This document shows positions 51,969 through 63,778 of a DNA stretch of 64,000 nucleotides, piece after piece; positions within the stretch are counted from its first letter, which is position 1, and each line of letters starts with the position of its first letter. Made by a program: the position numbers and the translations under genes. The notes under the pieces are model-generated. The model did not search any database. It was not told where the DNA came from and saw only the letters and a list, made by a program, of their open reading frames with translations. Source of the stretch: Leucoraja erinacea (taxonomy: Eukaryota). The stretch is from positions 7,688,001 through 7,752,000 of the forward strand of contig NC_073416.1 of NCBI RefSeq assembly GCF_028641065.1, written 5' to 3'.

Positions 51969-54575
51969 CAACCTGGTTTTAAATTTTATTTCCCTATTGG
52001 GGGAATGTATGCACCACTGGCAAGGCCAGCATTTATTGCCCATCCCAAATTGCTCTGGAGATGATGGTGGTGACTAATTTACACGAATCACGGCGGTGCT
52101 TGTGGTGAAAGTGCTCCCACGGTGCTGTTGGTGTGAGTTCCAGGATTTACTTTACTCCTTGCTGCATTTGTGCAGTTCGTTAAACTCGTTCAGCCTGAGC
52201 AGTAATGTCAACCATTACCATCACCAGCTCATGTCAGGTAAGATTCGTGGTGTTTAGTTGAGCCTTGCAGACGCCAGGGCCATGGGTTTGATCTGGATGT
52301 GCAGCGCAAAGAGAAAATGGGTCAACGTTTTCCCCACATCAGATCAATGAACACCTGCACGTTTCTATAGCAGGGCCACCCACACAATTGGCACAAACTG
52401 GAGGATCGAGGCTGTTCGGGAGACTGACTCGTGATTCTGAACTCTCCTCTGATTGACTTGAGGAGGCCTAGAAGGCCTAATGTTCACAGACCCCATCCCC
52501 CAATCGCAGAATATACAGGAAGCCAGGCTGTTGTCTCGACCTGTTAGTGAGGCAACATCTCGGAAGACTAAGCTTTTCTAAGTCAGTGGTGACAGAAGCC
52601 TGCAACCTTGTGTGGTCACACTGTAGCCTTGCGCCCATGTCTGGACATTTTGTGTGTGGTGTTCATGCTCACTTCACCATCAACCGGCATTTCTTAGGCC
52701 CTGGATCGTTCCCGTCCACAATTTCGCTTGGGTTGATCCATGTGAAGCCCCTCGCAACTTTTGATTTTTCCAACATCTGCAGTTCCTTCTTACCAAACAG
52801 AACCACAAATTTACATAGCATTAATTTATGACAAATTTCAATCCCCCTCTCCTTTCAAAACAAAGAAGACACTTTTTGCTCACCACACCCATTAGGGAGG
52901 TGAGGCCCAGAAAAATGTATCCATCTCTGCAAGTGGTCTCACTGATAGAAGACAGGGACAAATTTGCCAGGCTCCCAGCAATATCACTTGGTAAAGAATC
53001 GAGGAGGAGACACATTTGGAAGAAAAACTCGACCAGTTCATAAAGGATTTGAAGTATCCTGTCCATTCATGTCACTATTTGTGCAAAATGATCTCCAGGT
53101 AGACAAGTATTCTTAATTATAGAACATTTTAAGGGATTATTAATTACAAACTAAGCAAGAGTTTGGATTTCATCTATTGATACTCATACGGTGGTTATCC
53201 ATATATTGCTCTAAGATGAAGTACTAGCAGTTCCTAACTTTCTCGATACATCTGCCACATGACTCCTGACAAACTAGAACACTTTCATCTCCTTGCTGAA
53301 GGGGAATGGAATGATGCCTTAGCTACGACTAACAACTGGGGGAGCAATGAAATTTTCCAAGAGGGAGAGCATAAAATGCATTAATCTATCTCCCAGGAGC
53401 TGCGTGGTTTATCTGTTGGATTCCTAATGCATCAATGATTGGAAGAAAGGTTTTCAACTAACAACAAATATATCAATATGAATAATAACTGACTGGTGCA
53501 TTCCCTGATGCTCGCCTTCCAACTCAGCTTAATTGGCTCACTACTCTAAAGCAATGTTTCTATTCCTTCTGCTGAAAGGCTGCTCCCTTTTGGTGGGACG
53601 GTGACATCCGTGATGGGTGTCCGTGATTCTCTTGACTCAGAATTGCTGGTTTCCAATAAGTGCCTCGACACCAGAGGATCAAGTCTTGGATAGCTGACTG
53701 TGGGACAGGGGCAAAGACATTGCCTGAGAACCAACAATCAGAGGGGAAGAAGGATCTCGACATGAATCGTCATCTATCCACGTTCTCCAGGGATGCTGCC
53801 TGACCCACTGAGTTACTCCAGCACTTTGTGGCTTTACATGGTAAACCAGCATCCTTGAGAAAGCAGTTCCTCGTTTCTGCAACGAGAGGAGAAATATTGT
53901 CACCCTCAGCACTTCTATTGCTCACAAGGCCAGACGATGCTCCTGGGATTGGGCTGTGCAGGACACACTGGTCAACCTGAGGAGCACGTTCAGCAACAGA
54001 CTGGTATCTTGTTGTATTCTTATGACTGTTGGCAGACCAGTTTCTATTGTCTGAAGTTCTATTGTATCGTATCTGCAGCAGCCCAGATCACTTAACTGCC
54101 TTTAAGACCTCCGGAGCCAATACCAATAATCAAAGCCCGTGGTACAGCTGTCTCTCCCTGAAGGCAGCAAGAGGAGCGTGTACATGGGCTGTACAAGTTG
54201 ATCCAGTGGGTGGAAAGAGCCTGCGATAGGGCAGCCTGTGTGGCTGTGGGCGAGCATTCAGTGGGTGTTAGAGTCTGTAACAGCGAGGGTGTTTCGACCA
54301 TCTTTGGTTTCGAGTGAGGGAGGAGATTCAGTGGGCGGAGAAAGTATTTAAAGGAGCAGAATGCCTGATTCAGTGGGTGGGTGGGTGGGCAGAATATGTG
54401 ATAGGGGAGGGAGAGTGCCCATCAGCTGCAGAATAGGTTGTCTATTTCTTGCCTAAACTGATATTTCTTGATTAATTTATAATACCTAAACATCTACCGA
54501 TGTCTATTGAACACTGAGTGGGAGAGCGAGCTGTGAAAGCAATGCAGTTTACAGGGAAATACTAATAGGTTAGGT

Positions 54576-54872
54576 CAGGGATGGGGAACCTTTTCATGTC
54601 AGAAGGCCGCATTAAGTTAGATGTAATCTAAAAAGGCAGCATTCAAGAAACTTCAATTAGATATAGGATTATTTTGTTGAATCTTCTTTTAGTCTTTGGT
54701 ATTTTAAATAGGTTCATTTTAAGATTAAAATAACAATAATAAAAGACGAACAAAAACATATTAATAAAAATAAAAGGATTTGTTTCTACAAAATTTGGAT
54801 TCATTCACAAGGCCGCACTTAATGGCCTAGAAGGCCGCATGTGGCCTTAAGGCGGCAGGTTCCCCACCCCTA
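54576..54872. mobile_element. hAT (Charlie-like) MITE nested in a degraded CR1 RT fragment
   Basis: TIRs CAGGGATGGGGAACCT / AGGTTCCCCACCCCTA; 8-bp TSD GGTTAGGT at 54568-54575 and 54873-54880; the flanks rejoin to encode RLGEWAKSWQ of CR1. Confidence 0.85.
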
Positions 54873-55796
54873 GGTTAGGTGAATGGGCAAAAAGTTGGCA
54901 AGTGGGTATAATGTGTTAAGCAGTTCACATTTGAAGGGAGAAAGAGGACAGAACATTAATGAAGTGGAGAGAAACAGCAGGAAGCTGCAATACAAAGGGA
55001 TTCTGGAATCCTTGTGCACGAAACACAAAGCAGAGAATAGCAAAGACAGGTGAAGTGTTGGCTCTTATTTCAAGTCTTGTAATGTAAAGCCGGACCCTGG
55101 TAGGGTCACACCTGACACACTGTGTGCAGGTCTGCTCTCTCTACCTTGGCGAGGATAGCTTTTCACTTTTCACTGTACCTCGGTATACGTGACAATAAAC
55201 AGAACTAAGTGAAACCGAGATAGAATCATAGAAATGCACAGCACACAAACAGGTCCTTCGGCCTGTATCACTCGTTATCACCTGGCCCACAGCCAACAAT
55301 AGACCATTGTGGGCTCCACTTTTCCTTTAGCATCGCTACTTTTTGCATATCTTTCATTCATTTGTTCTCTATCTCTCTACATCACTGTTTGTGTCTCTAG
55401 TCTCCCTCTCCCCTGACTCTCAGTCTGAACAAGGATCTCGACCAGCTGAGTTACTCCAGCTTTTAGTGTCCCTTCGGCCCATTTCGCCCATTACTATCCA
55501 CGCTGATCCGATTTGGCCGATCAAGGGCCCCAATGGCCAACTCCAGGGCTTGTGGTCTTAGAACGAGGATAAAGTGATTCATGAAATGTGAGGGCGGAGT
55601 GAATGTTTCCGTCAGCAGTGTGCGGGTTGGGTTTTTCAGGGTCTGCTGTCTCCTGCCGCCCTCTGTTCGAGAGTCTCCCCGGGACACGGAGGTGACTATT
55701 CGGCTGGACGTGGGCTGCTCGCCGCCCCCGCTTCCACCCACGGACGGACACGCGTCATTCGGCGATCGACCCTCCACCTCCGCCGTGGAGGCGTGA

Positions 55797-55972
55797 ATGG
55801 AGCCGGAAATATCCAGCTGCCTCTCAAATAACACACACGAAGATACATACAGCGCCCCACAGCAAAGAGAAGCAGCGGGGAAGAAGCGACTCAGCCTGGG
55901 ACACTCCAGCAACCTCGCAGCCAGCCAGCGTGTGACGGCAGCTTCTGCTAAGCATCTCGAGTATAAAAAAAG
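55797..55972 (+). CDS. NAB2: NAB2-like coding exon 1 (predicted)
   Basis: ATG in a GC-rich region; open for 58 codons + 2 nt to an AG|GTAATT donor; phase 2 joins exon 2 in frame ([18 protein letters not shown]). No sequence homology recognised for this exon. Confidence 0.6.
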
Positions 55973-56199
55973 GTAATTGTAAACACCGGGGATAGACAAA
56001 AAAATGCTGGAGAAACTCAGCGGGTGAGGCAGCATCTATGGAGATAAGGAATAGGCGACGGTTCGGGTCGAGACCCTTGGTAGACACAGGGAACTGCAGG
56101 TGCAAAAGCAAGACACAGAGTGCTGGAGTAACTCAGCGGGTCAGGCAGCATCTGTGGAGAACATGGGTAGGTACAAAGTGCTGGAGTACAGCACATGTA

Positions 56200-56395
56200 C
56201 AGTATGGTCTCTACTGCTTACGTGTACGGCAAGATATACTGTTTTTACACACACAATAAATGTGTACTATATACTATATGATATACTGTGTGTATTCACT
56301 GTACAAGATACACTGTATGCAAACTTCACAACACAGTGACTGTATAAACACCGTATGATACATCTAAATGTTATGCAGTATATATAACATACACT
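56200..56395. repeat. Low-complexity (TACACTGTA-like) degenerate repeat in NAB2 intron 1
   Basis: Recurrent gatatactgt / tacactgtat / cactgtac words. Confidence 0.55.
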
Positions 56396-56937
56396 GATTC
56401 CTTCTCTCCAGAGATGCTACCTGCCCCCACTGAGGTACTCCAGCTTCTTGTGCCTATCTTTTGTGTAAACCAGCATCTGCTGTTCCTTCCTACACAGAAA
56501 AGATGGTCTGTTTCCGTGCAGTGTGACTCTGATACTGTCACCGTGTCGCTGTGAGATGGCGGTGGCTGTTCTTTTGTGACATATAGTTCTTTTATGTCCT
56601 ATAGTAATATGAATTCATGGTTCAACAGGGGGAATGAAGCAGTCGATAAGTCAAGTGTTTTATTGTCAAATGTCCCAGATAGAACAATGAGATTCTTACT
56701 TGCAGCAGCACAACAGTACACTGTAAACAATATAATAAACGAGGAAAAAAGTTCAGTGTGCGTCTAAAAACAACAATAATAGTGCAATAATAACATTAAT
56801 AGTCTATACAATTCAGAGCTTGTTCAGGGAGGTTGTAGTGTTTAGCCTGGTGCCTGTATATTTAATATGATTGATAAACGACAGTATTTTTAGTGAGAGC
56901 GGGCTCGGGGTTTCACGTTGCTGTTACTTGTTCCTAG

Positions 56938-57577
56938 GTCCGACAGCGACATGTCTTTGCCGCGGACGCTCGGTGAACTGCAGCTGTTCTGCCTGCTGCA
57001 GAGGGCCAACCTCACGGCCTATTACCAGAACTTCATCCAACAGGGAGGGGACGACGTGAGGCAACTGTGCGAGGCCGGAGAAGAGGAGTTCCTGGAAATC
57101 ATGGTTCTGGTTGGCATGGCCTCCAAGCCTCTGCACGTCCGCAGGCTGCAGAAAGCCTTGCGCGAGTGGATGGCCAACCCTGCCGCCTTCCACCGCCCAC
57201 TGGCCAGCAGCCTGTCCCGCTTCAAGCTGTCCGCCTCCTCGACTCGCAAGCCAAAGAGGAAAGCGCTCGATGGCGGCAGCGCGGACGCCTTCCCTGAAGG
57301 CAAACGCCTGCGGAGTCTGGTCCCCGCGCCCACCGGCAGCGACAGCCCCAGTTCCTCCTCGGACGGCGAGGGCAGGAGTATCCCGGCGCTGGGGTCGGAG
57401 GAGGAGGAGGAGGAGCAGGAGGGCCGGTCAGGGGAAGCCCCGGGGCACTTGAGGCTGACAAAGCCGGTGGGGACGGAGGGCAGCGATCCCGTGAAGAAAG
57501 AGGAGCGCCTGGAACACGGCTCCGAGCGAGCAGCCAACGCAGCAGATTGGAAGCTGATGTCTGCTCCGTCTACGTGA
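56938..57577 (+). CDS. NAB2: NGFI-A-binding protein 2-like exon 2: intact NCD1, eroded NCD2, early stop
   Basis: [73 protein letters not shown] is NCD1; ttcctag acceptor; head-to-head with NEMP1 as human NAB2; frame ends at TGA 57575-57577. Confidence 0.85.
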
Positions 57578-58048
57578 ACAGAGGGAGCTAATTCAGGAAC
57601 GGTTTAATAATGGGGTCACCCAAACCAGGGCTTAAGCCAATTCTGCTTTGGAAGCCAGCTTTGCCAATACCCACCCAATTCCCTCGGCCCAGTGTACCAG
57701 GGCTGCTGCAGTGAAATAAAGAGTAATTTCGTTTCGATGTTTAATAATATTAACAAAAACGGACATTGGGGTAAACCAAGGGTTATGGGCAGACGAAACA
57801 GTTTGGCGATTAAAACCTACAGATTGTTGGAGGAGGAAGGATTGAGATGCGACACTGTTGGGGTGATGCTGGGACGGGGTGGTAGGGGGTCAAGTCATCT
57901 CATATATTCAGCTTTTCCTTGTATCGCTAAGAACCAGTTGGGAGCAGCCTCCAAGCAGCCATAGTGTTGGACAGTCAGGAAGAATTTGTCAAATAGCATG
58001 ACATGGATTCAATAGGGTGCAGGTACAACACAAGGAGGATAATGGTTC

Positions 58049-58138
58049 GTAGACAAAAATGCTGGAGAAACTCAGCGGGTGAGGCAGCATCTATGGAGCG
58101 AAGGGAATAGGCAACGTTTCGGGCCGAAACACTTCTTC
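58049..58138 (-). mobile_element. Solo PLE terminal repeat
   Basis: Same family; 8-bp TSD AATGGTTC at 58041-58048 and 58139-58146; core truncated. Confidence 0.75.
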
Positions 58139-58904
58139 AATGGTTCCCTGTCCAAAACTGTATGTACAACTCTTGCACTATTTCACAATGTCATTCTCAT
58201 CTACCAGGAAAGGCATGTAGAGGGTGCACTGGGATTACCCCCCCACCACACACACCAAGTTTTGCTTTAAAGTGTATATGAAAGGAGATTCACCAATCAA
58301 AATAATAAATACCTTTTACTCGCGTGGCTTCCATTGACTGATCTCTTCTTTTAGCGCCTTCATTCTGACAAGGAAGGCAGGCCTTCACTAATTGCCACTC
58401 TCATTACAGCACGTTGACACCATCAGCTGCTCATTACCTGGGATCATCAGCCTTTCTAATTCCAAAAATATAGATCGAAAATGCTGGAAACCCTCAGCAC
58501 GCGAGGTAGTGTCCGTGGAGACAGAAAGAGAGTTATTGTTTCAGGTCAAAACTGATCCAAACAGGTGTTCCGTTACAGTCATTCTGCTATCAGCAGTCGC
58601 GCATTCACTAGTCTGCGCTCTGGGCTCTGGTATTCCCACGATGTACATTCGTTCCAGGACCAGACATTTTGGGCATCTTTTTCAATATCTCCCAAATGTG
58701 GCTGACCTCACATTGTTTGATGATGATGATGATATTACTGTGAAATGCCTTACAACATTTTACTATATTAAACTATTTTATATTTTACCATGTTGAATTG
58801 TTGTTATTTGGTACTTGAACCTAGAGTGGGAGATACCAACTCAACTAATAATTTCAAATCTGCAATTGATTATTTTCCCCTTGCCAAGAATATTGAGCGA
58901 TATT

Positions 58905-59378
58905 CATGTTCATAAGTGATAGGAGCAGTATTAGGCCATTCGGCTCATCGAGTCTACTCCACCATTCAATCATGGCTGATCTATCTCTCCCTCCTAACCC
59001 CATGCTCTGCCTTAAAAATATCCATTGACGGCCTCCACAGCCTTCTGTGGCAACAAATCCCACAGATTCACCACCCTCTGACTAAATAAATTCCTCCTCA
59101 TCTCTTTCCTAAAGAAACATCCTTTAATTCTGAGGCAATGACCTCTGGCCCTAGACTCTTCCACTAGTGGAAACATCCTCTCCACATCCACTCTATCCAG
59201 GCCTTTCACTATTCTGTAAGTTTCAATGAGGTCCCCCCCTCATCCATCTAAACTCCAGTGAGTACAGGCCCAGTGCCATCAAATGCTGATCATATGTTAA
59301 CCCACTCATGCCTGGGATCATTCTCGTAAACCTCTGAACCCTCTCCAGAGCCAGCACATCAATCCTCAGATATTGGGT
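58905..59378 (-). mobile_element. CR1 LINE 3' fragment
   Basis: DVLALERVQRFTRMIPGMSGLTY...KGLDRVDVERMFPLVEESRARGH...QRVVNLW. Confidence 0.85.
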
Positions 59379-60224
59379 CACGAAAGTGAAATATAGATCA
59401 ACCAGAATCTGATTTGAAGAGTGTAACGGAGTTGAGAGGGGCTGAATGACCTGGCTTGCCCTGTCCCCGTGTAGCAGGCTGGAGAGAAAGGGGCAGAAGA
59501 ATCTCCTGTTTCTGTACAACAGGCCGGGGAGAGAGGACGTGAACGACCGCCTCCTGTCCCCGGGTAACAGGCTAATCAGCTGAATTTAAATTCTGTGGTC
59601 AGATGCGAACTCTGGATTACCAGTTTAATCAGTGTGCCACCACAGACTACACATTAATTTTATTTCTCTCCCCACCGATCTTAACAAACTATGTCCTATC
59701 AGCTATTCAACGCACTGATAATTCAAATCATTGCGTTTCGTATTGAGGTGGGGCACAGGATTTACTCTTTGCTCACCAGAATTCCCCGTTCCTCCAAATA
59801 GGGGCCGTCAACTGGGACTGTCAACTCACCTGGATTCAAGGCCCAGTTCTGGACCAAGAGTCTGAAGAAGGGTCTCAACCAGAAACGTCACTTATCCATG
59901 TTCTCCAGAGATACTGCCTAATCCGCTGAGTTACTCCAGCACTCTGTGTATTGACCAACATCTGCAGTTGCTTTGTCTCTAGTACTTATACAATGAAAAT
60001 ACCGTACTCAGTTATAGCAGACAATCGGTAATAGCCCCCACCCCTGGACTGTTATAATGAGGGTTTACTGTAATATTTATGAGACACAATACAGAAGATA
60101 ACCCCTAGAGGGCAGCACAGATTTAGCTTAAGATTCCCCCAGCAAAGAGGCACTCAAGTGGTCAGGCAGCATCAGTGTGGGGAATGGACAGGCGACGTTT
60201 CAGGTCGGGACCCTTCCATCAGTC

Positions 60225-60447
60225 AGTTGTGAGTCTGTGGAATTCTCTGCCTCAGAAGGCGGTGGAGGCCGGTTCTTTGGATGCTTTCAAGAGAGAGCTA
60301 GATAGGGCTTTTAAAAATAGCAGAGTCAGGGAATATGGGGAGAAGGCAGGAATGGGGTACTGATTGTGGATGATCAGCCATGATCACATTGAATGGCGGT
60401 GCTGGCTCGAAGGGCCGAATGGCCTCCTCCTGCTCCTATTGTCTATA
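60225..60447 (+). mobile_element. CR1 LINE 3' fragment flanked by PLE repeat halves
   Basis: VVSLWNSLPQKAVEAGSLDAFKRELDR...GEKAGMGY plus the CR1 3' UTR. Confidence 0.8.
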
Positions 60448-61359
60448 GAAATATCATCTGTCCATTCCCATCACAAATGCTTCCTGACTCATTGAGTTCC
60501 TCCAGCACTTTGTTTTTTTGCTCAAGACTGATATCTGCAGTTTGCCGTGTCACCAGCATCTTCTATTTGGCCATTTTCTGAGCACAACAGGATGAACCTG
60601 ACATGAAACATCACACATCTGTTACCAGGGATAGGCGGTTATCACAATGACCCTCCCCAACTGACAGCCAATTACAGAAAGTTCTTCGAGGGTTCAATGC
60701 TCAGAAAATACATTTCATGCTATTGAGTTTCAAATGACATGACTTGTTTTATGTTAAACAATTTGGCTGGCTGCCCCAAGCCAGACAGACTGGTTCTGTG
60801 GATTAACGCCTCACAATGCTTTCTTGAAATTCATTAATTGTCAACATGACAAGAGTGTTGGACCATCGTTTGAGGTTTGTTTTCACATTACAGTTGCAGA
60901 CGGGAAAGTCCAAGGTCCACAATGAGGTCGTTTGGGAGAACAGGACCAAACCGACACCCTAGCCTGTGGGAGGACTACTCAGTGGTCTGATAAAATGGTT
61001 ATGAGCTTTCAAGAATGTAGGAATGATGGCAGTCAAATTCTAGCAAACACAAGTACATTCGAGCCACACATGGGTACAACAGGTAGGGAGTGCAAAGAGA
61101 AAAATACCAGAGTGCAGAATATAATATGACACCATTGTCTGCTGGGATTGACTGGATAGCACGCACATAATCCTTGAAGGTAAGATGGTACACACCAATA
61201 ATAAGCCAATACCATTATAATTCCTACATAGAAATCATTCACTCAAGGTGTTTAGGGATATCCTGAGGCTCTGTCCAACAGCTGTTTGGACAAGGTTACA
61301 CAGAAAAGCTGGAGAAACTCAGCGGGTGCAGCAGCATCTATGGAGCGAAGGAAATAGGC

Positions 61360-61387
61360 AACGTTTCGGGCCGAAACCCTTCTTCAG
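61360..61387 (-). ncRNA. Minimal type I hammerhead ribozyme core in a solo PLE terminal repeat (insert 61295-61388)
   Basis: Minus strand CTGAAGA-A-GGGT(TTCG)GCCC-GAA-ACGT-T; 13-bp direct repeat CTGTTTGGACAAG at 61282-61294 and 61389-61401. Confidence 0.55.
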
Positions 61388-63607
61388 ACTGTTTGGACAA
61401 GTTGACCTGCAGCCCAGAAAAGCAAATCAGTGATTTCAGAGAGAGATCATGGAGGGAATCAGAATGGTGGGAATTGTTCTTCAAATGTAATCTGAACCAA
61501 GAATGAAATGAGACACATTGCATTATCGAGAATCGAGGAATTTTATTCTCATTTTCTTACAAGCTTGAGACGTTTTCAGCAATCACTTTGTAAGAAGTTT
61601 TCTGCCAAAATAGTAAGTGCAAATGGAGAAAGAAGATAGAATGTTTTTTGACCAATACAGAACACGATCTAAATGCACCAATGATGGAAAAATACATTGT
61701 TATATAATGGCGGGATAACCCCCTCTCGACGATTGCAATCTATTTGGGTGTATGAAAACATTGTATGTACAGTGGATTACAAAAACTAACACTATGTCAT
61801 ATCACTAAGAATTACATCTATGGACAACATTATTTCAGGCAACCATTCTGAAGCAATGGTCTATAAGCCATTAGAACACCACAAGCTGAAAAGTGATTTG
61901 CAGATTTCCGAGGACAAGTGCAGACTGAAATAATTTAGGGAAGAGGTAGAAGAGACTGTTTTCTTTGGAGGGTAGTAGGCTAAGGTTGAATAGTGGAGAT
62001 ATGAAATTTATGTATATTCTGTACTGAATTACCTGTGGGAATCAACAATTATCTATACAGAACAATCCCTCACAAGATTATAAGGCTAGTGAGATCTCAT
62101 GCTAAAGCAGAATGCTTCCTGGGATGTGGAATTTGGTATTCTAGCGCCATTATGTTCTTAAATTGTGTACAAACCATATTAACTCAAAATAAATTATTTA
62201 AGCTCCGTACAAGGTATATAGTTTGCAATGGCAAAACAATTCTTGCAATAGGCTTCAAAGTAAGTGTTCCTGTCCCAGAGGGGCATGTTAAATGTCTCTA
62301 TAGCATTGATTCCTATCATTTGTATTTTTATTTGTTGAATAATGTGCAAGCCAAAGTGGATTACATGGTAACCTCACGCAAGTCCACTGAACAATTGATT
62401 TAGTGCACTGTCATCTTAAATGTTCCCTCGTATCATAAACAGTTCTGAAAAACCATTGGCACTTGCATCCTGCAGGCACCAAAATCACAAACACTCATTG
62501 TTAAAGGACTATTGTCATTGCCACAGAGCAGTCGCACGTCATGTAAAATCATTACTCTCCGCTCCATCCAGTGCATCAGTTGCTCCACATCAACTGTCCA
62601 AATATACTTTCAATTAATTGTAAGCACACTATGATATCTTTTTACATATTTACTTAGAAAATAAAGCTTCTTTGTGCCATATGTGGTTGCTAATAGATGA
62701 TAACAGTTCCAGATGCAATATATTGACTTAGTATAAGCTAATACATCAATTAATTTGATTTTTGTGATCATTTGAACTCAATAAGTAAAAGTCCCACTTG
62801 ACGCTATTTTTATGATGTATTTTGTAGATATTGGATTAGGATGCTCTGGTGGGCAGGATAGATGCTATAAAACAGCACATCAACTTGACTATATTAGCTG
62901 AAGAGTTAATACATCTTGTTAAATTCATAGCAAGGAAACAACACTTTCATGAGCATTCATAATTACAAATCTTTGAAAATAAAGGTGCGCTTTAGTTTGG
63001 CCTAATCTCATATTATGTTTTATGAAAATATCGGATTGGAATGGACTGAATTTTCTATAGCAAGTTACTTTATGTTAAATTCCTTTCTGTTTTAAGGTGC
63101 CCAAACTTGCCAAGTGTTTGACTCCGAATATCACAAAAGTGCCTGCCCTCCACTTGGCACCTCCCCACAGTAACACTGTTAAAATTCAGAATATACTCTA
63201 CGTTTGGTCAAAGGGGATCACCAATCTGAGGTTTATCTGCTGGTTAAAAGGCACTTGACTGTGCATCTCTTTCTAATTTATACAGGAAAATGCACAATGG
63301 ACTCAACAGACATCTTAATTTGAAGCTCAACCACTGACAGAATGAGCCTTCCTTTAAACATATGAATATGCCCCTGCATAACTGGCGCCTGATGGCTATT
63401 GTTCCTCAACTCACAGACATCTCAAAACTCAGTTGAATCTTCTATATCCATGTTCAGAAAAGCATTCAGGTCCAATTCAGAGGGCACATGAAGATTTTCA
63501 GTGCTGAAGGGAGAACAAAAATAGGATGTGACATTAATGTTCTCAAAGAATAATACAACCCTCATGTAGGTATGTATTTTTGAGTGGCACTGCATAATCT
63601 ACTACAG

Positions 63608-63778
63608 AATAGATCAGGTAGATGCACAGAGTCTCTTGCCCAGAGTAGGGGAATTGTCAACTAGAGGATATAGGTTGAAGGTGAAGAGGGAAAGGTTTAA
63701 TAGGAATCTACCTTTTCCACACAAAGGGTGGTGGTGGGTGTATGGAACGAGCTGCCGGAGGAGGTAGCTGAGGCTGGT
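63608..63778 (+). mobile_element. CR1 LINE 3' fragment
   Basis: gtagatgcacagagtctcttgcccagagtagggg...ggaacgagctgcc, same subfamily as 50268-50562. Confidence 0.7.

Noticed and set aside
57022-57537. 171-aa antisense ORF over NAB2 exon 2
   Set aside because: Expected shadow ORF of GC-rich coding sequence.
59523-59563. GC-rich imperfect hairpin
   Set aside because: Short with several mismatches; no recognisable RNA family.
5803-61401. Recurring palindromic repeat as a CRISPR array or REP-like system
   Set aside because: Eukaryotic context, irregular dispersal, no spacers or cas genes; explained as PLE terminal repeats.
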